DNA of 64,000 bases from Eledone cirrhosa (taxonomy: Eukaryota). Position 1 is the first letter of the stretch; the number at the start of each line of letters is the position of its first letter. This document shows, piece after piece, positions 1 through 16,800 of the stretch. Where the stretch lies: positions 38,502,001-38,566,000 of the forward strand of contig OZ024748.1 of NCBI GenBank assembly GCA_964016885.1, written 5' to 3'. The position numbers and the translations under genes are program-made. Below the pieces are notes generated by a model. The model saw nothing but the letters and a program-made list of their open reading frames with translations, did no database searches and was not told the origin of the DNA.

Positions 1-3000
1 TAACACAACTCTAACATAACACAAGAACTAACACAATTATAACATAACACAACTACTAACACAATTCTAACATAACACAACAGCTAACACAATTCTAACA
101 CAACACAACAACTAACACAACTCTAACATAACACAACAACTAACACAATTCTAACATAACACAACAACTAACAGAACAAATAACATAACACAACAAGTAA
201 CACAACTAACACAACTCTAACATAACACAACAACTAACACAACTCTAACATAACATAACAACTAACACAATTCTAACATAACACAACTAACACAACTCTA
301 ACATAACACAACTAACACAATTCTAACATAACACAACTAAGACAACTCTAACATAACACAACAACTAACACAACTCTAACATAACACAACAACTAACACA
401 ATTCTAACATAACACAACAACTAACACAACTCTAACATAACACAACAACTAACACAACTCTTTAACATAACACAACAACTGAGACAACTCTAACATAACA
501 CAACAACTAACACAACTCTTTAACATAACACAACAACTGAGACTACTCTTTAACATAACACAACCACTAACACAACTCTTTAACATAACACAACAACTAA
601 CACAACTCTAACATAACACAAGAACTAACACAATTCTAATATAACACAATTCTAACATAACACAACAACTAACACAATTCTAACATAACACAACAACTAA
701 CACAACTCTAACATAACACAACAACTAAGACAAGTCTTTAACATAACACAAGAACTGACACAAATCTTTAACGTAACACAACAACTAACACAATTCTAAC
801 ATAACACAACAACTAACACAACTCTAACATAACAACAACTAACACAATTCTAACACAACTCTAACATAACACAACAACTAACACAATTCTAACATAACAC
901 AACTAAGACAACTCTAACATAACACAACAACTAAGACAACTCTAACATAACACAACAACTAAGACAACTCTAACATAACACAACAACTAAGACAACTCTT
1001 TAACATAACACAACAACTAACACAATTCTAACATAACACAACTAACACAACTCTAACATAACACAAAACTAAGACAACTCTAACGTAACACAACAACTAA
1101 GACAACTCTAACATAACACAACTAACACAACTCTTTAACATAACACAACAACTAACACAATTCTAACATAACACAACAACTAACACAATTCTAACATAAC
1201 ACAACTAACACAATTCTAAAATAACACAACAATTAAGTCAACTCTAACATAACACAATTCTAACATAACACAACAACTAACACAACTCTAACACAACACA
1301 ACAACTAAGACAACTCTAACATAACACAACTCTTCAACATAACACAACAACTAACACAATTCTAACATAACACAACAACTAACACAATTCTAACATAACA
1401 CAACAACTAACACAACTCTAACGTAACACAACAACTAAGACAAGTCTTTAACATAACACAACAACTGACACAAATCTTTAACATAACACAACAACTAACA
1501 CAATTCTAACATAACACAACAACTAACACAACTCTAACAGAACACAACTAACACAATTCTAACATAAGACAACAACTAAAACAACTCTAACATAACACAA
1601 TAACTGACACAACTCTTTAACATAACACCACAACTAACACAATTCTAACATAACACAACAAATAACACAACTCTAACATAAAACAACAACAAACACAATT
1701 CTAACATAAGACAACAACTAAAACAACTGTAACATAACACATCTAACACAATTCTAACATAACACAACAACTAACACAACTCTAACATAACAACAACTAA
1801 CACAATTCTAACATAACACAACAACTAACACAATTCTAACATAACACAACTAAGACAACTCTAACATAACACAACAACTAAGACAACTCTAACATAACAC
1901 AACAACTAAGACAACTCTAACATAACACAACAACTAAGACAACTCTTTAACATAACACAACAACTAACACAATTCTAACATAACACAACTAACACAACTC
2001 TAACATAACACAACAACTAAGACAACTCTTTAACATAACACAACAACTAAGACAACTCTAAAATAACACAACTAACACAACTTTTCAACATAACACAACA
2101 ACTAACACAATTCTAACATAACACAACAACTAACACAACTAACACAATTCTAACATACCACAACAACTAACACAACTCTAACATAACACAACAACTAACA
2201 CAACTCTAACATAACACAACAACTATCACAACTCTTTAACATAACACAACAACTAAGACAACTCTTTAATATAACACAACAACTAATACAATTCTTTAAC
2301 ATAACACAACAACTAACACAATTCTAACATAACACAACAACTAACACAACTCTAACATAACACAACAACTAAGACAAGTCTTTAACATAACACAACAACT
2401 GACACAACTCTTTAACATAACACAACTCCAACATAACACAACAACTAACACAACTCTAACATAACGTAACAACTAACACAATTCTAACATTACACAACTA
2501 ACACAACTCTAACATAACAACTAACACAATTCTAACATAACACAACAACTAAGACAACTCTAACATAACACAACTAACACAACTCTTTAACATAACACAA
2601 CAACTAACACAATTCTAACATAACACAACAACTGACACAACTCTTTAACATAACACAACTAACACAACTCTTTAACATAACACAACTAACACGATTCTAA
2701 CATAACACAACAACTAACACAACTCTTTAACATAACACAACTAACACAACTCTAACATAACACAACAACTAACACAACTCTTTAACATAACACAACAAAT
2801 AACACAACTCTAACATAACACAACAACTAACACAATTCTTTAACATAACACAACAACTAAGACAACTCTTTAATATAACACAACAACTAACACAACTCTT
2901 TAACATAACACAACAACTAACACAATTCTAACATAACACAACAACTAACACAACTCTTTAACATAACACAACAACTAACACAACTCTTTAACGTAACACA

Positions 3001-3071
3001 ACAACTAACACAACTCTTTAACATAACACAACAACTAACACAACTCTAACATAACACAACTCTAACATAAC

Positions 3072-3271
3072 TGTTTCTACTTTTTGGCACAAGGCCAGCA
3101 ATTACCCAGTGCATTACTGGTACTTTATTTTATCGACCCCGTAAGGTTGAAAGGCAAAGTTAACCTCGACGGGATTTGAACTCAGAATGGCAAGGGCCGT
3201 AACTCTATGCGTCAAAGCATGGCGTCCGACCCTCTACCGATACTGCCAATCCACCGCCATTGATCCACCGC
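3072..3271 (-). mobile_element. tRNA-derived SINE inserted in the satellite (copy 1)
   Basis: Reverse complement has A-box-like TGGCAGTATCGG, B-box GTTCAAATCCC and core CTTTGCCTTTCA..CCTTACGGGGTCGATAAAATAAAGTACCAG. Same family as 24941, 36544, 38972 and 61800. Confidence 0.9.
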
Positions 3272-6200
3272 CACAACTCTAACATAACACAACTCTAACA
3301 TAACACAACTAACACAATTCTAACATAACACAACTAACACAACTCTAACATAACACAACTAACACAACTCTAACATAACACAATAACTAACAGAATTCTA
3401 ACATAACACGACAACTAACACAATTCTAACATAACACAACAACTAACACAACTCTAACATAACACAACAACTAAGACAAGTCTTTAACATAACACAAGAA
3501 CTGACACAAATCTTTAACGTAACACAACAACTAACACAATTCTAACATAACACAACAACTAACACAACTCTAACATAACAACAACTAACACAATTCTAAC
3601 ACAACTCTAACATAACACAACAACTAACACAATTCTAACATAACACAACTAAGACAACTCTAACATAACACAACAACTAAGACAACTCTAACATAACACA
3701 ACAACTAAGACAACTCTAACATAACACAACAACTAAGACAACTCTTTAACATAACACAACAACTAACACAATTCTAACATAACACAACTAACACAACTCT
3801 AACATAACACAAAACTAAGACAACTCTAACGTAACACAACAACTAAGACAACTCTAACATAACACAACTAACACAACTCTTTAACATAACACAACAACTA
3901 ACACAATTCTAACACAACACAACAACTAACACAACTCTAACATAACACAACAACTAACACAATTCTACCATAACACGACAACTAACACAATTCTAACATG
4001 ACACAACAACTAACAGAACAAGTAACATAACACAACAAGTAACACAACTCTAACATAACACAGCTAACACAACTCTAACATAACACAACAAATAACACAA
4101 CTCTAACATAACACAACAACTAACACAACTCTAACATAACACAACTCTTTAACATAACACAACAACTAACACTACTAACACAATTCTAACATAACACAAC
4201 TAACAGAACTCTAACATAACACAACAACTAACACAATTCTAACATAACACAACAACTAACACAACTCTTTAATATAACACAACTAACACAATTCTAACAT
4301 AACACAACAACTAACACAACTCTAACATAACACAACAACTAACACAATTCTAACATAACACAACTCTAACATAACACAAGAACTAACACAATTATAACAT
4401 AACACAACTACTAACACAATTCTAACACAACACAACTCTAACATAACACAACAGCTAACACAATTCTAACACAACACAACAACTAACACAACTCTAACAT
4501 AACACAACAACTAACACAATTCTAACATAACACAACAACTAACAGAACAAGTAACATAACACAACAAGTAACACAACTAACACAACTCTAACATAACACA
4601 ACAACTAACACAACTCTAACATAACATAACAACTAACACAATTCTAACATAACACAACTAACACAACTCTAACATAACACAACTAACACAATTCTAACAT
4701 AACACAACTAAGACAACTCTAACATAACACAACAACTAACACAACTCTAACATAACACAACAACTAACACAATTCTAACATAACACAACAACTAACACAA
4801 CTCTAACATACAACTCTAACATAACACAACAACTAACACAACTCTTTAACATAACACAACAACTGAGACAACTCTAACATAACACAACAACTAACACAAC
4901 TCTTTAACATAACACAACAACTGAGACTACTCTTTAACATAACACAACCACTAACACAACTCTTTAACATAACACAACTCTTTAACATAACACAACAACT
5001 AACACAACTCTAACATAACACAAGAACTAACACAATTCTAATATAACACAATTCTAACATAACACAACAACTAACACAATTCTAACATAACACAACAACT
5101 AACACAACTCTAACATAACACAACAACTAAGACAAGTCTTTAACATAACACAAGAACTGACACAAATCTTTAACGTAACACAACAACTAACACAATTCTA
5201 ACATAACACAACAACTAACACAACTCTAACATAACAACAACTAACACAATTCTAACACAACTCTAACATAACACAACAACTAACACAATTCTAACATAAC
5301 ACAACTAAGACAACTCTAACATAACACAACAACTAAGACAACTCTAACATAACACAACAACTAAGACAACTCTAACATAACACAACAACTAAGACAACTC
5401 TTTAACATAACACAACAACTAACACAATTCTAACATAACACAACTAACACAACTCTAACATAACACAAAACTAAGACAACTCTAACGTAACACAACAACT
5501 AAGACAACTCTAACATAACACAACTAACACAACTCTTTAACATAACACAACAACTAACACAATTCTAACATAACACAACAACTAACACAATTCTAACATA
5601 ACACAACTAACACAATTCTAAAATAACACAACAATTAAGACAACTCTAACATAACACAATTCTAACATAACACAACAACTAACACAACTCTAACACAACA
5701 CAACAACTAAGACAACTCTAACATAACACAACTCTTCAACATAACACAACAACTAACACAATTCTAACATAACACAACAACTAACACAATTCTAACATAA
5801 CACAAGAACTAACACAACTCTAACGTAACACAACAACTAAGACAAGTCTTTAACATAACACAACAACTGACACAAATCTTTAACATAACACAACAACTAA
5901 CACAATTCTAACATAACACAACAACTAACACAACTCTAACAGAACACAACTAACACAATTCTAACATAAGACAACAACTAAAACAACTCTAACATAACAC
6001 AATAACTGACACAACTCTTTAACATAACACCACAACTAACACAATTCTAACATAACACAACAAATAACACAACTCTAACATAAAACAACAACAAACACAA
6101 TTCTAACATAAGACAACAACTAAAACAACTGTAACATAACACATCTAACACAATTCTAACATAACACAACAACTAACACAACTCTAACATAACAACAACT

Positions 6201-7657
6201 AACACAATTCTAACATAACACAATTCTAACATAACACAACTAAGACAACTCTAACATAACACAACAACTAAGACAACTCTAACATAACACAACAACTAAG
6301 ACAACTCTAACATAACACAACAACTAAGACAACTCTTTAACATAACACAACAACTAACACAATTCTAACATAACACAACTAACACAACTCTAACATAACA
6401 CAACAACTAAGACAACTCTTTAACATAACACAACAACTAAGACAACTCTAAAATAACACAACTAACACAACTTTTCAACATAACACAACAACTAACACAA
6501 TTCTAACATAACACAACAACTAACACAACTAACACAATTCTAACATACCACAACAACTAACACAACTCTAACATAACACAACAACTAACACAACTCTAAC
6601 ATAACACAACAACTATCACAACTCTTTAACATAACACAACAACTAAGACAACTCTTTAATATAACACAACAACTAATACAATTCTTTAACATAACACAAC
6701 AACTAACACAATTCTAACATAACACAACAACTAACACAACTCTAACATAACACAACAACTAAGACAAGTCTTTAACATAACACAACAACTGACACAACTC
6801 TTTAACATAACACAACTCCAACATAACACAACAACTAACACAACTCTAACATAACGTAACAACTAACACAATTCTAACATTACACAACTAACACAACTCT
6901 AACATAACAACTAACACAATTCTAACATAACACAACAACTAACACAATTCTAACATAACACAACTAACACAACTCTAACATAACACAACAACTAAGACAA
7001 CTCTAACATAACACAACTAACACAACTCTTTAACATAACACAACAACTAACACAATTCTAACATAACACAACAACTGACACAACTCTTTAACATAACACA
7101 ACTAACACAACTCTTTAACATAACACAACTAACACGATTCTAACATAACACAACAACTAACACAACTCTTTAACATAACACAACTAACACAACTCTAACA
7201 TAACACAACAACTAACACAACTCTTTAACATAACACAACAACTAACACAACTCTTTAACGTAACACAACAACTAACACAACTCTTTAACATAACACAACA
7301 ACTAAGACAACTCTAACATAACACAACTAACACAACTCTTTAACATAACACAACAACTAACACAATTCTAACATAACACAACAAATAACACAACTCTAAC
7401 ATAACACAACAACTAACACAATTCTTTAACATAACACAACAACTAAGACAACTCTTTAATATAACACAACAACTAACACAACTCTTTAACATAACACAAC
7501 AACTAACACAATTCTAACATAACACAACAACTAACACAACTCTTTAACATAACACAACAACTAACACAACTCTTTAACGTAACACAACAACTAACACAAC
7601 TCTTTAACATAACACAACAACTAACACAACTCTAACATAACACAACTCTAACATAAC

Positions 7658-7857
7658 TGTTTCTACTTTTTGGCACAAGGCCAGCAATTACCCAGTGCAT
7701 TACTGGTACTTTATTTTATCGACCCCGTAAGGTTGAAAGGCAAAGTTAACCTCGACGGGATTTGAACTCAGAATGGCAAGGGCCGTAACTCTATGCGTCA
7801 AAGCATGGCGTCCGACCCTCTACCGATACTGCCAATCCACCGCCATTGATCCACCGC
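7658..7857 (-). mobile_element. tRNA-derived SINE in the satellite (copy 2, duplicate of 3072-3271)
   Basis: Same sequence and same flanks as copy 1, 4586 bp downstream. Confidence 0.9.
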
Positions 7858-10800
7858 CACAACTCTAACATAACACAACTCTAACATAACACAACTAACA
7901 CAATTCTAACATAACACAACTAACACAACTCTAACATAACACAACTAACACAACTCTAACATAACACAATAACTAACAGAATTCTAACATAACACGACAA
8001 CTAACACAACTCTAACATAACACAATTCTAACATACAACTCCAACATAACACAACAACTAACACAATTCTAACATAACACAACAACTAACACAACTCTAA
8101 CATAACACAACAACTAACACAATTCTAACATAACACAACTCTAACATAACACAACTAACACAACTCTAACATAACACAACAACTAACACAACTCTAACAT
8201 AACACAACTCTTTAACATAACACAACAACTAACACAACTAACACAATTCTAACATAACACAACTAACAGAACTCTAACATAACACAACAACTAACACAAT
8301 TCTAATATAACACAACAACTAACACAACTCTTTAATATAACACAACTAACACAATTCTAACATAACACAACAACTAACACAACTCTAACATAACACAACA
8401 ACTAACACAACTCTAACATAACACAACAACTAACACAATTCTAACATAACACAACTCTAACATAACACAAGAACTAACACAATTATAACATAACACAACT
8501 ACTAACACAATTCTAACATAACACAACTCTAACATAACACAACAACTAACGCAATTCTAACAACACAACTCTAACATAACACAACAACTAACACAATTCT
8601 AACATAACACAACAACTAACACAATTCTAACATGACACAACAACTAACAGAACAAGTAACATAACACAACAAGTAACACAACTCTAACATAACACAACTA
8701 ACACAACTCTAACATAACACAACAAGTAACACAATTCTAACATAACACAAAAACTAACACAACTCTAACATAACACAACTAACACAATTCTAACATAAGA
8801 CAACAACTAAAACAACTTTAACATAACACAAAAACTAACACAACTCTAACATAACACAACTAACACAATTCTAACATAACACAACAACTAACACGATTCT
8901 AACATAACACAAAAACTAACACAACTCTAACATAACACGACTAACACAATTCTAACATAACACAACAACTAACACAACTCTAACATAACAACAACTAACA
9001 CAATTCTAACATAACACAACAACTAACACAATTCTAACATAACACAACAACTAACACAATTCAGAAAATAACACAACTAAGACAACTCTAACATAACACA
9101 ACAACTAAGACAACTCTAACATAACACAACAACTAAGACAACTCTTTAACATAACACAACAACTGACACAGCTCTTTAACATAACACCACAACAAACACA
9201 ATTCTAACATAACACAACAACTAACACAACTCTAACACAACTCTTTAATATAACACAACTAACACAATTCTAACATAACACAACAACTAACACAACTCTA
9301 ACATAACAACAACTAACACAACTCTAACATAACACAACAACTAACACAATTCTAACATAACAGAACTCTAACATAACACAAGAACTAACACAATTATAAC
9401 ATAACACAACTACGAACACAATTCTAACATAACACAACTCTAACATAACACAACAACTAACACAATTCTAACACAACACAACAACTAACACAACTCTAAC
9501 ATAACACAACAACTAACACAATTCTACCATAACACAACAACTAACACAATTCTAACATGACACAACAACTAACAGAACAAGTAACACAACTCTAACATAA
9601 CACAGCTAACACAACTCTAACATAACACAACAAATAACACAACTCTAACATAACACAACAACTAACACAACTCTAACATAACGTAACAACTAACACAATT
9701 CTAACATAACACAACTAACACAACTCTAACATAACAACTAACACAATTCTAACATAACACAACTAACACAATTCTAACATAACACAACAACTGACACAAC
9801 TCTTTAACATAACACAACTAACACAACTCTTTAACATAACACAACTAACACGATTCTAACATAACACAACAACTAACACAACTCTTTAACATAACACAAC
9901 TAACACAACTCTAACATAACACAACAACTAACACAACTCTTTAACATAACACAACAAATAACACAACTCTAACATAACACAACAACTAACACAATTCTTT
10001 AACATAACACAACAACTAAGACAACTCTTTAATATAACACAACAACTAACACAATTCTTTAACATAAGACAACAACTAACACAATTCTAACATAACACAA
10101 CTCTTTAACATAACACAACAACTAACACAACTCTTTAACGTAACACAACTACTAACACAACTCTTTAACATAACACAACAACTAACACAACTCTAACATA
10201 ACACAACAACTAACACAACTCTAACATAACACAACTAACACAATTCTAACATAACACAACTAACACAACTCTAACATAACACAACTAACACAACTCTAAC
10301 ATAACACAACAACTAACACAATTCTAACATAACACAACAACTAACACAATTCTAACATGACACAACAACTAACAGAACAAGTAACATAACACAACTCTAA
10401 CATAACACAACTAACACAACTCTAACATAACACAACTCTAACATAACACAACAACTAACACAACTCTAACATAACACAACTCTTTAACATAACACAACAA
10501 CTAACACAACTAACACAATTCTAACATAACACAACTAACAGAACTCTAACATAACACAACAACTAACACAATTCTAATATAACACAACAACTAACACAAC
10601 TCTTTAATATAACACAACTAACACAATTCTAACATAACACAACAACTAACACAACTCTAACATAACACAACAACTAACACAACTCTAACATAACATAACA
10701 ACTAACACAATTCTAACATAACACAACTCTAACATAACACAAGAACTAACACAATTATAACATAACACAACTACTAACACAATTCTAACATAACACAACT

Positions 10801-13800
10801 CTAACATAACACAACAACTAACACAATTCTAACACAACACAACTCTAACATAACACAACAACTAACACAATTCTAACATAACACAACAACTAACACAATT
10901 CTAACATGACACAACAACTAACAGAACAAGTAACATAACACAACAAGTAACACAACTCTAACATAACACAAAAACTAACACAACTCTAACATAACACAAC
11001 TAACACAATTCTAACATAAGACAACAACTAAAACAACTTTAACATAACACAAACACTAACACAACTCTAACATAACACAACTAACACAATTCTAACATAA
11101 CACAACAACTAACACGATTCTAACATAACACAAAAACTAACACAACTCTAACATAACACGACTAACACAATTCTAACATAACACAACAACTAACACAACT
11201 CTAACATAACAACAACTAAGACAACTCTAACATAACAACAACTAACACAATTCTAACATAACACAACAACTAACACAATTCTAACATAACACAACTAAGA
11301 CAACTCTAACATAACACAACAACTAAGACAACTCTTTAACATAACACAACAACTGACACAGCTCTTTAACATAACACCACAACTAACACAATTCTAACAT
11401 AACACAACAACTAACACAACTCTAACACAACTCTTTAATATAACACAACTAACACAATTCTAACATAACACAACTCTAACATAACAACAACTAACACAAC
11501 TCTAACATAACACAACAACTAACACAATTCTAACATAACACAAGAACTAACACAATTATAACATAACACAACTACTAACACGATTCTAACATAACACAAC
11601 TCTAACATAACACAACAACTAACACAATTCTAACACAACACAACAACTAACACAACTCTAACATAACACAACAACTAACACAATTCAGAAAATAACACAA
11701 CTAAGACAACTCTAACATAACACAACAACTAAGACAACTCTAACATAACACAACAACTAAGACAACTCTTTAACATAACACAACAACTGACACAGCTCTT
11801 TAACATAACACCACAACAAACACAATTCTAACATAACACAACAACTAACACAACTCTAACACAACTCTTTAATATAACACAACTAACACAATTCTAACAT
11901 AACACAACAACTAACACAACTCTAACATAACAACAACTAACACAACTCTAACATAACACAACAACTAACACAATTCTAACATAACAGAACTCTAACATAA
12001 CACAAGAACTAACACAATTATAACATAACACAACTACGAACACAATTCTAACATAACACAACTCTAACATAACACAACAACTAACACAATTCTAACACAA
12101 CACAACAACTAACACAACTCTAACATAACACAACAACTAACACAATTCTACCATAACACAACAACTAACACAATTCTAACATGACACAACAACTAACAGA
12201 ACAAGTAACACAACTCTAACATAACACAGCTAACACAACTCTAACATAACACAACAAATAACACAACTCTAACATAACACAACAACTAACACAACTCTAA
12301 CATAACACAACTCTTTAACATAACACAACTCCAACATAACACAACAACTAACACAACTCTAACATAACGTAACAACTAACACAATTCTAACATAACACAA
12401 CTAACACAACTCTAACATAACAACTAACACAATTCTAACATAACACAACTAACACAATTCTAACATAACACAACAACTGACACAACTCTTTAACATAACA
12501 CAACTAACACAACTCTTTAACATAACACAACTAACACGATTCTAACATAACACAACAACTAACACAACTCTTTAACATAACACAACTAACACAACTCTAA
12601 CATAACACAACAACTAACACAACTCTTTAACATAACACAACAAATAACACAACTCTAACATAACACAACAACTAACACAATTCTTTAACATAACACAACA
12701 ACTAAGACAACTCTTTAATATAACACAACAACTAACACAATTCTTTAACATAAGACAACAACTAACACAATTCTAACATAACACAACTCTTTAACATAAC
12801 ACAACAACTAACACAACTCTTTAACGTAACACAACTACTAACACAACTCTTTAACATAACACAACAACTAACACAACTCTAACATAACACAACAACTAAC
12901 ACAACTCTAACATAACACAACTAACACAATTCTAACATAACACAACTAACACAACTCTAACATAACACAACTAACACAACTCTAACATAACACAACAACT
13001 AACACAATTCTAACATAACACAACAACTAACACAATTCTAACATGACACAACAACTAACAGAACAAGTAACATAACACAACTCTAACATAACACAACTAA
13101 CACAACTCTAACATAACACAACTCTAACATAACACAACAACTAACACAACTCTAACATAACACAACTCTTTAACATAACACAACAACTAACACAACTAAC
13201 ACAATTCTAACATAACACAACTAACAGAACTCTAACATAACACAACAACTAACACAATTCTAATATAACACAACAACTAACACAACTCTTTAATATAACA
13301 CAACTAACACAATTCTAACATAACACAACAACTAACACAACTCTAACATAACACAACAACTAACACAACTCTAACATAACATAACAACTAACACAATTCT
13401 AACATAACACAACTCTAACATAACACAAGAACTAACACAATTATAACATAACACAACTACTAACACAATTCTAACATAACACAACTCTAACATAACACAA
13501 CAACTAACACAATTCTAACACAACACAACTCTAACATAACACAACAACTAACACAATTCTAACATAACACGACAACTAACACAATTCTAACATGACACAA
13601 CAACTAACAGAACAAGTAACATAACACAACAAGTAACACAACTCTAACATAACACAAAAACTAACACAACTCTAACATAACACAACTAACACAATTCTAA
13701 CATAAGACAACAACTAAAACAACTTTAACATAACACAAACACAACTCTAACATAACACAACTAACACAATTCTAACATAACACAACAACTAACACGATTC

Positions 13801-16800
13801 TAACATAACACAAAAACTAACACAACTCTAACATAACACGACTAACACAATTCTAACATAACACAACAACTAACACAACTCTAACATAACAACAACTAAC
13901 ACAACTCTAACATAACAACAACTAACACAATTCTAACATAACACAACAACTAACACAATTCTAACATAACACAACTAAGACAACTCTAACATAACACAAC
14001 AACTAAGACAACTCTTTAACATAACACAACAACTGACACAGCTCTTTAACATAACACCACAACTAACACAATTCTAACATAACACAACAACTAACACAAC
14101 TCTAACACAACTCTTTAATATAACACAACTAACACAATTCTAACATAACACAACTCTAACATAACAACAACTAACACAACTCTAACATAACACAACAACT
14201 AACACAATTCTAACATAACACAAGAACTAACACAATTATAACATAACACAACTACTAACACGATTCTAACATAACACAACAACTAACACAATTCTAACAC
14301 AACACAACAACTAACACAACTCTAACATAACACAACAACTAACACAATTCTACCATAACACAACAACTAACACAATTCTAACATGACACAACAACTAACA
14401 GAACAAGTAACACAACACAACAAGTAACACAACTATAACATAACACAGCTAACACAACTCTAACATAACACAACAAATAACACAACTCTAATATAACCCA
14501 ACAACTAACACAACTCTTTAATATAACACAACAACTAACACAACTAACACAATTCTAACATAACACAACAACTAACACAATTCTAACATAACACAACAAC
14601 TAACACAACTCTTTAATATAACACAACTAACACAATTCTAACATAACACAACAACTAACACAACTCTAACATAACACAACAACTAACACAACTCTAGCAT
14701 AACATAACAACTAACACAATTCTAACATAACACAACTAACACAACTCTAACATAACACAACTAACACAATTCTAAGATAACACAACTAACACAACTCTAA
14801 CATAACACAGCTAACACAACTCTAACATAACACAATAACTAACACAACTCTAACATAACACAACAACTAACACAATTCTAACATAACACAACAACTAACA
14901 CAATTCTAACATGACACAACAACTAACACAATTCTAACATAACACAACTAACACAACTCTAACATAACACAACAAATAACACAACAACTAACACAACTCT
15001 AACATAACACAACTCTTTAACATAACACAACAACTAACACTACTAACACAATTCTAACATAACACAACTAACAGAACTCTAACATAACACAACAACTAAC
15101 ACAACTCTAACATACAACTCCAACATAACACAACAACTAACACAATTCTAACAGAACACAACAACTAACACAACTCTTTAACATAACACAACAACTAACA
15201 CAATTCTAACATAACACAACAACTAACACAACTCTAACATAACACAACTAACACAATTCTAACATAACACAACTAACACAATTCTAACATAACACAACAA
15301 CTAACACAACTCTAACATAACACAACAACTAAGACAACTCTAACATAACACCACAACTAACACAATTCTAACATAACACAACTAATACAACTCTAACATA
15401 ACACAACAACTAAGACAACTCTAACATAACACAACTAACACAACTCTTTAACATAACACAACAATTAACACAATTCTAACATAACACAACAACTAACACA
15501 ATTCTAACATAACACAACAACTAACACAACTCTAACATAACACAACAACTAACACAACTCTAACATAACACAACAACTAACACAATTCTAACATAACACA
15601 ACAAGTAACACAACTCTAACATAACACAACAACTAACACAACTCTAACATAAACACAACAACTAACACAATTCTAACATAACACAACAAATAACACAACT
15701 CTAATATAACCCAACAACTAACACAACTCTAACATAACACAACTCTTTAACATAACACAACAACTAACACAACTAACACAATTCTAACATAACACAACAA
15801 CTAACACAATTCTAACATAACACAACAACTAACACAACTCTTTAATATAACACAACTAACACAATTCTAACATAACACAACAACTAACACAACTCTAACA
15901 TAACACAACTCTAACATAACACAACAACTAACACAACTCTAGCATAACATAACAACTAACACAATTCTAACATAACACAACTAACACAACTCTAACATAA
16001 CACAACTAACACAATTCTAAGATAACACAACTAACACAACTCTAACATAACACAGCTAACACAACTCTAACATAACACAATAACTAACACAACTCTAACA
16101 TAACACAACAACTAACACAATTCTAACATAACACAACAACTAACACAATTCTAACATGACACAACAACTAACAGAACAAGTAACATAACACAACTAACAC
16201 AACTCTAACATAACACAACAAATAACACAACAACTAACACAACTCTAACATAACACAACTCTTTAACATAACACAACAACTAACACTACTAACACAATTC
16301 TAACATAACACAACTAACAGAACTCTAACATAACACAACAACTAACACAACTCTAACATACAACTCCAACATAACACAACAACTAACACAATTCTAACAG
16401 AACACAACAACTAACACAACTCTTTAACATAACACAACAACTAACACAATTCTAACATAACACAACAACTAACACAACTCTAACATAACACAACTAACAC
16501 AATTCTAACATAACACAACTAACACAATTCTAACATAACACAACAACTAACACAACTCTAACATAACACAACAACTAAGACAACTCTAACATAACACCAC
16601 AACTAACACAATTCTAACATAACACAACAACTAATACAACTCTAACATAACACAACAACTAAGACAACTCTAACATAACACAACTAACACAACTCTTTAA
16701 TATAACACAACAATTAACACAATTCTAACATAACACAACAACTAACACAATTCTAACATAACACAACAACTAACACAACTCTAACATAACACAACAACTA